64,000 nucleotides of DNA. Origin: a bacterium. Lineage in GTDB: Bacteria > Zhuqueibacterota > Zhuqueibacteria > Oceanimicrobiales > Oceanimicrobiaceae. The position numbers and the translations under genes are program-made. The stretch spans positions 16,294 to 80,293 of the forward strand of contig JBBIIG010000014.1 in NCBI GenBank assembly GCA_037446635.1. The letters are read 5' to 3'. This document shows positions 52,911 to 62,100 of this stretch, piece by piece (positions within the stretch are counted from its first letter, which is position 1; the number at the start of each line of letters is the position of its first letter). The notes beneath the pieces are model-generated. The model was not told where the DNA came from, did no database searches, and saw nothing but the letters and a program-made list of their open reading frames with translations.

Positions 52911-53590
52911 AGGTAGTCGTCATCATCCCGGCTTTCAATGAGGAGCAGTCCATCGGTCTGGTTTTACAGGATATTCCGCGGCAGCTTGTTGACGCCGTGA
53001 TCGTCGTCGATAACGGCTCGCGCGATCGCACTGCGGAACTCGCCCGGCTTGGCGGCGCGGAGGTGGTTCGCGAAACACGCCGCGGCTACGGCAGCGCCTG
53101 CCTCGCCGGCATTAAACACGCAAAAACAATGAACCCCGACGCCGCGGTTTTTCTCGACGCGGATTTCAGCGATCACCCGCAGGAGCTGGTCGCACTTTTG
53201 GAAAAGATCGAAAGCGGCTTCGATCTTGTCATCGGTTCCCGCACTCTCGGAAAGGCCGAGCCCGGCGCGCTGCTGCCGCAGGCGCGTTGGGGAAACTGGT
53301 TGGCGGTTTCGCTGATTAAATGGTTCTTTGGATTTCGTTACACCGACCTCGGGCCATTCCGTGCCATCAAGTGGGACAAGCTGTTGGCGCTGGATATGCA
53401 GGATCGCAACTTTGGCTGGACCGTTGAAATGCAGGTGAAGGCAGTAAAAGCAGAATTGCGGATTACCGAGGTTCCGGTGAGTTACCGCAAACGCATTGGC
53501 ATCTCGAAAGTAACCGGCACGATTTCGGGAACCATCAAAGCCGGTTACAAAATCATTTTCACCATCTTAAAATATGCGTTTCGGAAATAA
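52907..53590 (+). CDS. Family-2 glycosyltransferase (polyprenol-phosphate glycosyltransferase-like)
   Basis: GTGA overlap with wbqC. VVIIPAFNEEQSIGLVLQDIP...VIVVDNGSRDRTAELA...RRGYGSACLAGI...DADFSD. Confidence 0.85.
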   Translation: MKVVVIIPAFNEEQSIGLVLQDIPRQLVDAVIVVDNGSRDRTAELARLGGAEVVRETRRGYGSACLAGIKHAKTMNPDAAVFLDADFSDHPQELVALLEKIESGFDLVIGSRTLGKAEPGALLPQARWGNWLAVSLIKWFFGFRYTDLGPFRAIKWDKLLALDMQDRNFGWTVEMQVKAVKAELRITEVPVSYRKRIGISKVTGTISGTIKAGYKIIFTILKYAFRK

Positions 53591-53610
53591 CGAGCAGAGC
53601 GTCTCCTGTT

Positions 53611-53635
53611 CGCTCCCACGCGGGGCGTGGGAGCG
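53611..53635. terminator. Hairpin CGCTCCCACGC-GGG-GCGTGGGAGCG between convergent genes
   Basis: Perfect 11-bp stem. It shares the CCCACGC/GCGTGGG core with 53672-53702. Confidence 0.6.
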
Positions 53636-53671
53636 AGAGAGCTCTCGTGGTAGCAAGAGGCTACTGAATGA

Positions 53672-53702
53672 CTTGTTCCCACGCTTTTTGCGTGGGAACA
53701 AG
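53672..53702. terminator. Hairpin CTTGTTCCCACGC-TTTTT-GCGTGGGAACAAG between convergent genes
   Basis: Perfect 13-bp stem, 4 nt from the stop of the minus-strand gene 53706-54290. Confidence 0.6.
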
Positions 53703-53705
53703 CTG

Positions 53706-54290
53706 CTAAAAACTCGCGCCAGACAAGGCCTGTGAATGAGGATGTGAATCGGCGATGACGGTGACATATTTTATCATCACCGAGTATTTGTTGGCAAGCG
53801 ATTCCACCGGGTTGACGCGAATTCCAAAATTATAAAAAAAGGATTTTTCGTCGCTGTCAAAACAGGCGCGCAGCGGCGCCCTGCTGCAGTCGAACAACTT
53901 GATGGCCAGCAGCGAAAAATCGAATTCAAAATCCAGGGCAAGATCATAACTCGATTTTTGCAGATGCTGCTTGAGCGCGTTTTTGGGCAGGCCCAGCAGG
54001 TTGATATCTTCTTTGGAATAGGGCAGGATATCCAATTTGAGGCGGCTGTCGATAAAACTCACCATTTCAAGTTGAGCGACCACCGTGATGCGCCAGTTCG
54101 GGCGCTTTTCCCGCAGCTTCTCCAAAGCTTTGAGCGCGACGCCAAAATGCTCGACTTTAACCGGCATGAAAATTAAAATTTTCTGCGCTTTAGCCAATCG
54201 TTCCACCACGTCAACCGCGCCTGCTTTTTCAGAAATTCGAAATTTCAATCGCAGCGCCGCGCTGGCAAGTTTAGCGAGAGGAGGAGTCAT
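53706..54290 (-). CDS. Hypothetical protein
   Basis: 194 aa ORF, last gene of the minus-strand cluster 57513->53706. No motif recognised. Confidence 0.5.
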   Translation of the reverse strand: MTPPLAKLASAALRLKFRISEKAGAVDVVERLAKAQKILIFMPVKVEHFGVALKALEKLREKRPNWRITVVAQLEMVSFIDSRLKLDILPYSKEDINLLGLPKNALKQHLQKSSYDLALDFEFDFSLLAIKLFDCSRAPLRACFDSDEKSFFYNFGIRVNPVESLANKYSVMIKYVTVIADSHPHSQALSGASF

Positions 54291-54355
54291 TCGAGTAGCG
54301 AGAGTTGGTTAGCCATTTTGGCGGAATATAATCATAAAACCCGTTTCGAGCAAGA

Positions 54356-56344
54356 TTAAATTTTGAGATCGATTTGCACGCCGAAGCGTCGGTCGCGTTG
54401 GCCTTGAATTTCGTCGGCGCCGCTGCCGATGACGTCGGTATCGTCGCGAAAGGTCTCCGCATATTTCGCCGAGAACCCCATGAACCTGAACTGGTAGTTT
54501 ATAAGTACATACCAACGCGCGCCCTCGCCGAATAAGCTGCGGTTGGTGGCCAAGCCGGGCAGATCGGGCTCGTATTGAAACACCGCGGAGTCGAAGGAGT
54601 CGGTGTCAAAAATGGTTAAACGCGCGGTCAGGGTCAGGGCTTTCGTGGGCTGGAGGCGAACATCCTGGTACATCAAAAAACCCTGCTCATCGGTTTCTGC
54701 GACCGCCGAGTTGAAGCGATTCGTTTTGAACGAAACGAATTCCCAGCGGCTGCGCAACCGCAGCTGCCGGCTGAGATCGTAATCCAATTGCAGCCGCCCC
54801 TGCCGTTTTAGAATCTCAACGAATTCGCGCCGCTCCCGCATTAATTCATCCTCGAACGTTTCAGTTTCTTGTTTTTGATTTTCGCGATAGCGCAGCGTCA
54901 GCCGCAGACGGTTGGAGAATCGCTGCTCAATCTGCGCCAAAAATTCGTTGCCATCGAACGGCAGCGGCTCAAAAAACGTCCGCCACGGATGGGTGAAAAT
55001 ATCGTAGTAGGCGCTGACCGCGGTGCGCTCGCCAATTTTGAAATGAAGGCCGGAATAATACCCGCGCTCGTTTTGGGTGCTGCCGTTGGCGTCGGCGAAG
55101 GCGAAGCCGTGCAGGTTCTGAAAATCTTTTCCGTAATCGCGAAACAGAAACGCCAGTTGGATTTTTTTGAAGTCGAGCAGGGCGCCGGCCAGCAGCGCGC
55201 GGCCGCCGTTTTTTGATCCCGCTGCTTCTCCAAAAAGATTGGCGCTGGGAATTCGCCAATCCCAGTGAAATCCGGCCACGGCGTTTTTTCTGCCGCGAAA
55301 TGCGAAGCGCTGCCGGACAAGATCGGGATCGTTGATGGTTTTGTCGAATTTTGAAAAGTAAAAGCTGCCGCCAACCGTAAGCTGCAACGGCAGTTGCAAT
55401 CGCAGCGCCGCGCCGGCCAGCGATTCCGTGAGCGCGTCCTTTTTGCTGAGCTCGTTTTCGTTGCGGTGGAAACCAGTGGCGAAAAGTCCGGAGACTTCAT
55501 TTTCGGAAGTGAGAGTAGCATCCAACTTGGCGCGCGACGCAAAAATGGTGGCGGCGAAATGTTTCAAAGTCACATGCGCGACCCCGCCGTGCAGCGCGGC
55601 GTTTTCATCTACTGTGCTGTAGCCGCGAAATTCACGGCCGCGTTTTTTGATGGGGAAAATCGCGTCGGCGCTTTTGGAAAAGCCGTACGGCCCCCACAGC
55701 GTCAGCCCCTGCCCGATTTGCAGCAGATAATTTCCAACCAGAAAAGAGAAGTTTGGGTGGGCGTCCACGGCGACGTAGTAGAGCCGCAGATCGTCCCAGC
55801 GCCGTTCGCCGCTGTCTTTCTCCAATAAAAATCCGCCGGAAATTTTTTCAGCGATTTGATATTGAATGCGGTGATAAATTTTTTGCGGCGAGTAGAGATA
55901 ATCGCCCTCCTCGAAGCCAACCGGCCGATCGACGCGATCGCTCAGCCGGCTGCGCAGGTTGAGGCGAATGCTTTTTGGGGCGGGCCGCGCCGGCTTTTTT
56001 ACAAACACCAGCTCGCGCAAATATTCGTACGTTTCGGCATTCACCCCGTCAACGCGCAGTAATTCTTCGACGCGCTTAAATTCGCCGCGCCGCTGGCGGT
56101 AGCGCAAAATGTTGTCGCGCAGAACCGGGGTGAGTCCGGGAATGATCTCCAATTCCTCCAGCGTCGCCGAGTTGAGATCGAGGGGATATTCTTTCAAGTT
56201 CAAAAGAATTTCGTAAAGCTCGGATTGTTCCGAGCTTTCTTCCTGGCTTTCCAGCAGTTTTTCCGCCATGGTTTCCTGGGCGAAAAGGGGGGCAGAAAGG
56301 CAAAGATAAATTACGAAGAAAGATGTTGTAGATAGGTTTTTCAT
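54356..56344 (-). CDS. Secreted protein: N-terminal ComEA-like helix-hairpin-helix domain plus a ~540 aa beta-rich (barrel-like) domain
   Basis: Signal peptide. LDLNSATLEELEIIPGLTPVLRDNILRYRQRRGEFKRVEELLRVDGVNAETYEYL. The remainder alternates beta-strand patterns and ends ...RRFGVQIDLKI. Confidence 0.75.
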   Translation of the reverse strand: MKNLSTTSFFVIYLCLSAPLFAQETMAEKLLESQEESSEQSELYEILLNLKEYPLDLNSATLEELEIIPGLTPVLRDNILRYRQRRGEFKRVEELLRVDGVNAETYEYLRELVFVKKPARPAPKSIRLNLRSRLSDRVDRPVGFEEGDYLYSPQKIYHRIQYQIAEKISGGFLLEKDSGERRWDDLRLYYVAVDAHPNFSFLVGNYLLQIGQGLTLWGPYGFSKSADAIFPIKKRGREFRGYSTVDENAALHGGVAHVTLKHFAATIFASRAKLDATLTSENEVSGLFATGFHRNENELSKKDALTESLAGAALRLQLPLQLTVGGSFYFSKFDKTINDPDLVRQRFAFRGRKNAVAGFHWDWRIPSANLFGEAAGSKNGGRALLAGALLDFKKIQLAFLFRDYGKDFQNLHGFAFADANGSTQNERGYYSGLHFKIGERTAVSAYYDIFTHPWRTFFEPLPFDGNEFLAQIEQRFSNRLRLTLRYRENQKQETETFEDELMRERREFVEILKRQGRLQLDYDLSRQLRLRSRWEFVSFKTNRFNSAVAETDEQGFLMYQDVRLQPTKALTLTARLTIFDTDSFDSAVFQYEPDLPGLATNRSLFGEGARWYVLINYQFRFMGFSAKYAETFRDDTDVIGSGADEIQGQRDRRFGVQIDLKI

Positions 56345-56363
56345 TAGCGTTTTCGAAAGTGTT

Positions 56364-56379
56364 AAACCCTGTCAGGGTT
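56364..56379. repeat. Family-E palindrome (AAACCCTGTCAGGGTT) in the 44-nt gap between the two HhH genes
   Basis: Same core as 1997-2029 and 37249-37281. Confidence 0.75.
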
Positions 56380-56388
56380 GTAATTTTT

Positions 56389-57513
56389 TTAATTGCTTTC
56401 TAAAGTTACAAATGGTTTGATTTTCTCCAGTTTGTTTTTTCCGATTCCCGGGACGTTGAGTAAATCGTCAATTTTTTGGAAGGGGCCGTTTTGCTCGCGA
56501 AATTCCAAAATGGCGCGCGCCAAACTCTCGCCGATGCCCGGCAGTTTTTTGAGATCATCAATCCTGGCGGAATTGATGTTAATTTTGCCGGGCGGAGATT
56601 CCGGATCCGGCGCCGGTTCGATTTTAGTCGAATCGATAGGCAGGATTTCGGGAGAAACCTCCACCACCGGTTTGGGTTCGGGCGGCGGTTGTTTTCCAAA
56701 ATGAATGGCCAGCGAAGTTTGATGAGTGAGCCCGAGATCGTTGTGGGTGAAGAAGGCGTAATCAATGGCGACGCGCTGGATGGCGACGCCGAATCCCGCG
56801 GAGAAGCGGCTGGGGTGATTGGCCGCGCCGGCGCGAATGGCTAAATTTGCCAGCGGCTTGAATTCGCAGCCGAAACGCGCCTCTGCGGCAAAGCGCACGT
56901 CTTTGAAAATTTCAAAATTCAAAATAAGATTGTTGAGGGGATGAACCGAAACGCCACTAGAAAAAATTTGCGGCGCATGTTCGTCGGTTTGTCCAATGGT
57001 GGGACGGTTGACGTTTTTGGCGACGAATCCAAGATTGATCTCAGACGAGAGTGGTACTAAAATTCCAAGATCGAGTCCTACTGCGCCGCCGGAGCCGTAG
57101 CCCTCGATGTGAACGGTTTGATAGCGCAGGCCCACGCCGTAAAAAAGCTTGCGCTGATAGTGGTGGCTGAACGTTAGGCTGAGCGCCTGCTCGCGGTAGA
57201 GGCCGTTGCCAAAGGTGAGCGCACCCAATCCCACGCGCCGATTCCAAATCGGGAAACTGAGGGCGAGAGTTCCAAAGTTGATCTCGGAAAGCCCGAACGG
57301 CTTTTGATAAAAAATCGCCAGCTCGGTTCCAACCAACTGACCCAACCCGCCGACGTTGAGAAAGACGGCGTCGGCGGTGTTGGCCAGCGCCACATAGGTG
57401 GCGCCCATTCCCAGCGACCGAGCGCCCACCGGCCACTCTTCCGCGCCCACTGGCTCTGGAACGTACAATAGTGCAACCACCGCGAAGAAGAAAAAAATCT
57501 TGCGTTGAGTCAT
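56389..57513 (-). CDS. PorV/PorQ-like beta-barrel fused via a Pro-rich linker to a C-terminal ComEA-like HhH DNA-binding domain
   Basis: Signal peptide. VGARSLGMGATYVALANTADAVFLNVGGLGQL plus barrel strands. Linker QPPPEPKPVVEVSPE...PAPDPESPPG. Then ININSARIDDLKKLPGIGESLARAILEFREQNGPFQKIDDLLNVPGIGKNKLEKIKPFV. Confidence 0.8.
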   Translation of the reverse strand: MTQRKIFFFFAVVALLYVPEPVGAEEWPVGARSLGMGATYVALANTADAVFLNVGGLGQLVGTELAIFYQKPFGLSEINFGTLALSFPIWNRRVGLGALTFGNGLYREQALSLTFSHHYQRKLFYGVGLRYQTVHIEGYGSGGAVGLDLGILVPLSSEINLGFVAKNVNRPTIGQTDEHAPQIFSSGVSVHPLNNLILNFEIFKDVRFAAEARFGCEFKPLANLAIRAGAANHPSRFSAGFGVAIQRVAIDYAFFTHNDLGLTHQTSLAIHFGKQPPPEPKPVVEVSPEILPIDSTKIEPAPDPESPPGKININSARIDDLKKLPGIGESLARAILEFREQNGPFQKIDDLLNVPGIGKNKLEKIKPFVTLESN

Positions 57514-57614
57514 CTTCGCCTCGCAACAATTAGCTTGACATTCATTGACGGTTTTATCTATATTTTTTCAAAATCAGTGTAAAATCTGGACACCCATTCC
57601 GGGAGGTCGCGTCC

Positions 57615-58505
57615 GTGGCAACCACGAAACTCTCTTATTTGCGCTTCCAAATGCTTCCCCTCCTTTCCTCGATAAGTTTAGCAATTGCGGTTCTGCTGCC
57701 TTCACGGGCAGCGGCGCAGGCGGTGAAGGCGAACGTGAACGTTATCATCGATAAGCTGCCTATTGAAAAACAGGAAAAAATGAGAAACTTCCACCGCGTC
57801 GTCAAAGACTACATCGAAAACGCCAATTGGTTTTTGGATGACGACGCCGTGCCCATCGAAGTGACCCTGCAAATGTTTCTCACCGATATTCCCTCCAACA
57901 TCGAAGATCGCTATCTCTGCGAGCTACTGGTCTCAAGCGCGGACGTGCAGTACTTCGATAAGCGCTTCCGTTTTCCGTTTCAACCGGGAACGCAATTGGT
58001 TTACAGCGAACAAGCGATTGACCCGCTTACCGGCGTGATCGATTTTTACCTGAACCTGGTTTTAGGCAATGAGCTGGATAAATACAGCGGCTTTGGGGGA
58101 GACGTTTACTACAAACGAGCGCAAAGCATTGCGGCGCTGGGCAAGTTCGTGCGCACGGAATTTGTGCGCGGCTGGCCCGAGCGCGAACAACTGATTAAAC
58201 GGGTGTTCGAGGAGCCATTTATCACCTTCCGCAAAATGAAGGATTTCTATTTTTATGGGCTGTACGTCCGCGAAAAAAATCTCGCCGACGCCCGCAAAAA
58301 TGTGAAGATTGCTTTGGACATGCTCGAAACTGTCATCGAGAAGAAAGGCGATCTGGATGAGCCGCGACAGTTTTTAAACGCGCACTACTTGGAGTTTATC
58401 GATCTTTTCAAAGACTACGAAAACAAAAAAGAGATTTTCAAAAAGTTGATCAAGTTAGATTCGGCTCACAGAGAATTGTATGAAGCGCACGTTGGGGAGT
58501 CGTGA
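57615..58505 (+). CDS. DUF4835 family protein (PorD-like T9SS-associated protein)
   Basis: Signal peptide. VKANVNVIIDKLPIEKQEKMRNFHRVVKDYIENANW...PIEVTLQMFL...DPLTGVIDFYLNLVLGNELDKYSGFGGDVYYKRAQSIA follows the DUF4835 pattern as I recall it. Confidence 0.7.
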   Translation: MATTKLSYLRFQMLPLLSSISLAIAVLLPSRAAAQAVKANVNVIIDKLPIEKQEKMRNFHRVVKDYIENANWFLDDDAVPIEVTLQMFLTDIPSNIEDRYLCELLVSSADVQYFDKRFRFPFQPGTQLVYSEQAIDPLTGVIDFYLNLVLGNELDKYSGFGGDVYYKRAQSIAALGKFVRTEFVRGWPEREQLIKRVFEEPFITFRKMKDFYFYGLYVREKNLADARKNVKIALDMLETVIEKKGDLDEPRQFLNAHYLEFIDLFKDYENKKEIFKKLIKLDSAHRELYEAHVGES

Positions 58506-59136
58506 GTGAACAGCGACAATTTATAAATTGTTTGGAATAAGTCAAGAGCTTTTTTTCACTGACATCATTTTATACATTAGTATTACGCAACAAGTACACT
58601 CTTTAGTATTTCAATTACGGTCGAAGTTTTGATTGCGACAGATCAGTGAAAGGCAAGGGAACCGTGACTACTGTGCCACTTGTAAGTGTGCCCACGCTTC
58701 GTCCTCCTCTGGGCGATTCCAATCAACCGCCAGGGCTTCTTCCCTTAGCAGGGCGGTTATATTCAGTTTTTTCGTCAAGAGCTAAGATGGTTACAGGCGC
58801 ACGATTAAATGGATGGGGACGAGCTTTGATCAACCCACGGGCGTGCCGGATGTCTCGGCCAATGCAATTGGGATTGGATATCGGCATCCTCGTGCAAAAC
58901 CTGTTTCCACACTGGACGCTCTCCAGACAAAGCGAGTCGTTCCCCAAACGCTTTCGCAAGTTTGACCGCCCACCTGCGGCTGGGTTTCAGGGACTCTCCT
59001 TTGGCCTGGCGCTGGCCTGTTGACTGTCGCCGGCCAACTGTTGGCGGATTTGGGGCCGGGTGAAATTAGGAAGGCTTCAGTCGCAAATCTCAAAATGGTT
59101 TGGAAGAGATTGCCCAGATAATCCGTTAGCTTAAAC

Positions 59137-62100
59137 TTACCGCATCACCACCAACTTCTCCACCACCTCCACCTGCTCGTCGCCGCGGCGGGCGATGAGT
59201 TTGTATAAATACACGCCGTTCGCCAGCGCGTCGCCGTCGAAGTCGCGGGCGTTCCAGTGAAATTGATTGAAGCCGACGCGCGCCGGTAGAAAGTCCGCTT
59301 CGTGGATCAGACGGCCCGCGACGGTGTAAATTTTCAAGCGCACTTCATCGGCGTCCTGGGAGAGAATGTAGGTGAACGCGGTTTCGTTTTGAAAGGGATT
59401 GGGATAGTTCAGCACCTCGGTGATCTGGAAACGCGAGCTCACCTGAAACGCCTGCTCGAAATAATTGAGGTTGCCAGACGGGTCGCGGGCAAACACTTCG
59501 ATTTGATGATCGCCCTCGGAAAGGTTTGCGGTGAACAGGACCAGCGCTTTCAAATCGCGCTGCTCGGGGTTGGACTGCGGCAGAAATTGCGCCTGGCTCG
59601 CGCCGCTGCCGTAACTCACCTTTTGCTGATCGAGATAGACCACCACCTGCGAGGTGTCGGTGAACTGCGCCGGTCCGCGGTCGCGGATTTCCACCACCAC
59701 TTGCGGCGCGGCGGAAACAAAATCGCCGGCGGCCACCGTGCGGCCATCCATCTGTACGCGGATGACCGGCGCCAGCGTGTCGCGCACCACCCATAAACTG
59801 AAATCAGCGGCGTTGTTGGTCTCATCCAATTCCGTGATGCGATCATCCGCATCGAGTCGCACCGTCAGTTCGATTTTTCCGCTCAAACCACTAGTGGAAA
59901 TCAACGCCGGGTATTCGCGGATTTCATCCACCTGCAATCCGCCGACTTTCATTTTCTGCACTTCAGTTGCGCCCCGGAACATACTCACGAAGAAACTATC
60001 AGCGGCGGCGAGGCCAAAGTTGGCCGCGCCGATCGTGACCTGCGCTTCCGCGCCCACTTCGACTGTATCCTGCTGCACGTGAATCTCACTTTTGACGGTG
60101 GCGAGATCCGGCGGCGGAGAAAAATCCACTGACCATGACTGCAGCCGCGGCGTCGTCAATCCATTCGCGCTGGTGAGCGCGGCTGCCAATTGGATTTGTG
60201 GATAAGCCTGCGCCGGGATTTGCGAGAGGTCAATTTCGGCGGCGGAAAAGTTGGAGATCAACGTATCCAATGCGCTGCTGCCGCGCGGTTTTCCGATCAC
60301 CGAAAATATGATTTGATTTTGCTGATCTGATTCAAATGCGAGCCGCGCCGATTTCCACTCCAGCGCCGGCCCAATGAGCGGCGAAATCATGCGCCCGTTT
60401 TTCGCAAAACGATACAGCGTATCCGCGATGGCGATGGCGCCCTCCCCAACTTTTTTCCATTCTTCCGGCACCGTTCCAATGGCCGCACCCTTGCGCCCGA
60501 TGATCGCCCAGGCGTCGCGAAAGCGCACCTGCCGCGTGAATTGGCTGCCGATGCTTTCCAGCGCCAAATAGGCGCTTTCGGTCATGGAGACGCTGCCGTC
60601 ATCGCGAATGGCGGCGAGCACGATTCTGCCCTCTGGCAGCGCGTTGATGAACTGCGCCAGCGCCTCGGCGTTGGCGGTCGCGCCGTAGGTGTCGAAGCTG
60701 GCGCGATCCAGCAGCGCGCCGTCAGTCTCATCGAATACCGCGAGATTGTGGCCGCGCCTGTTGAGACTGACGTGCTCGTCGTTGCGCCACAGCCGCGCAA
60801 AGTTGCCGTCGCTGAACCCCGCCGATTCCGCCAGAAATGAAAGCTGGTTTTGTCGCAGCACCGCAAAGCGCGGCGTCACGCTAACGTTCTCCAAAAAATT
60901 GTTTTCAAATTGTTCGGCGCGCTGCTGCCGCCATTGCCCCGACGTTTGCGGCGAATAGGTGAACGATGCCGTCGCCCACGGCCCAAATTGTTCGCCGTCG
61001 AAGGTGCGGACGCGCCAGTAGTAAACGCCGGCCTGCGAAAGGTTCGGCTGCCAACGCGTGGTCAATCTCCCTTCGTCAATGGGCGGCGAGGCCTGGCGCA
61101 GCGGGCTGTCGAACGCCGCGCTGGTGTCGATTTCAAAAAAATAAACCAATCCCGCGATTTGAATTTTCGAATTGTTGGCGACCAGTTCCGGATTCGCGTT
61201 TTGCACCACGCCAAAATTCAGCGGCTTGATCAAAGTTAAGTCCGATGAGAAAACGGTAACCGTTTGTTCGGCAAAATTGTTGTTTTTGTCTGTTTCCGAA
61301 ATGCGATTTTGCGGATCGATTTCCACTTGAATGCGATACGCTCCGGGTTCATCCGGGAGACGCCACGACACCGTCACCGAATCGCGAAAGCCGGTTGGCG
61401 GGCGGATGAGCGCAGCGATCGGTGTCGAGTTGTTTTCGAAATCCAAAATCGAAATTTGCCCGGCCACGCTGTCAACCGGCTGCAGTCCGAAATTGCGAAT
61501 GACGGCGGAGATGGCCGCCGTGGAATCGGTGGTGAGCAGCAACTCGGGGGCGACGGTGATGTCCTCGTTTTGAATGCTCAACTCCGGTTGTGTGGGAATG
61601 TTCAACGCCAGCGCTGGGTCGCCGATGAGGATGTACTGGTCGATGACAAATTTGCTGCGCGGCTGGCCGCCGAGCCGCTGCCACAGTTGATACTTCGCGG
61701 AAGTGGTCGCCGCGCCCACGCTGCGCAAGGTGTCTTTGGTCACCGCGCGAAACAAACCATCGAGCAGAAAATAATCCTGAGTAATGTACCCAAAGCCCGC
61801 CGAGCCCCAGTATGCCGCTGCGCCGTTGGGGTGCAGCACAAACTCTTCGCTGAGACTGTTCAGCACGGGTTCGGCGAAGCGGGCGGAGTGGCAGGACATG
61901 CCGGTGATGAACGGGAACACCTCGCGGTTTTGCCAGTCGTCCGGGTGGCCGATGTCGATGTCCCACACCTGGCTGCCGGCGTGGCCGATGAAATTAACCC
62001 AGAGAACGCCATCGTGAATTTTCTCCGAAGCGGTACGTTTAAAATTCAGGGTGATGGCCTCATTGGTGGTTTTGTTGTACGGGATGGCGAGGCCGCTGAA

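Noticed and set aside
58640-59100. RNase P RNA, tmRNA or SRP RNA
   Set aside because: I could not find the universally conserved blocks on either strand: GAGGAAAGTCCGGGC / ACAGAACCCGGCTTA for RNase P, the GGGG...tRNA-like CCACCA end for tmRNA, and GGAAGCAGCC helix 8 for SRP. There is only a vague AAGGGAAGAAGCC similarity.
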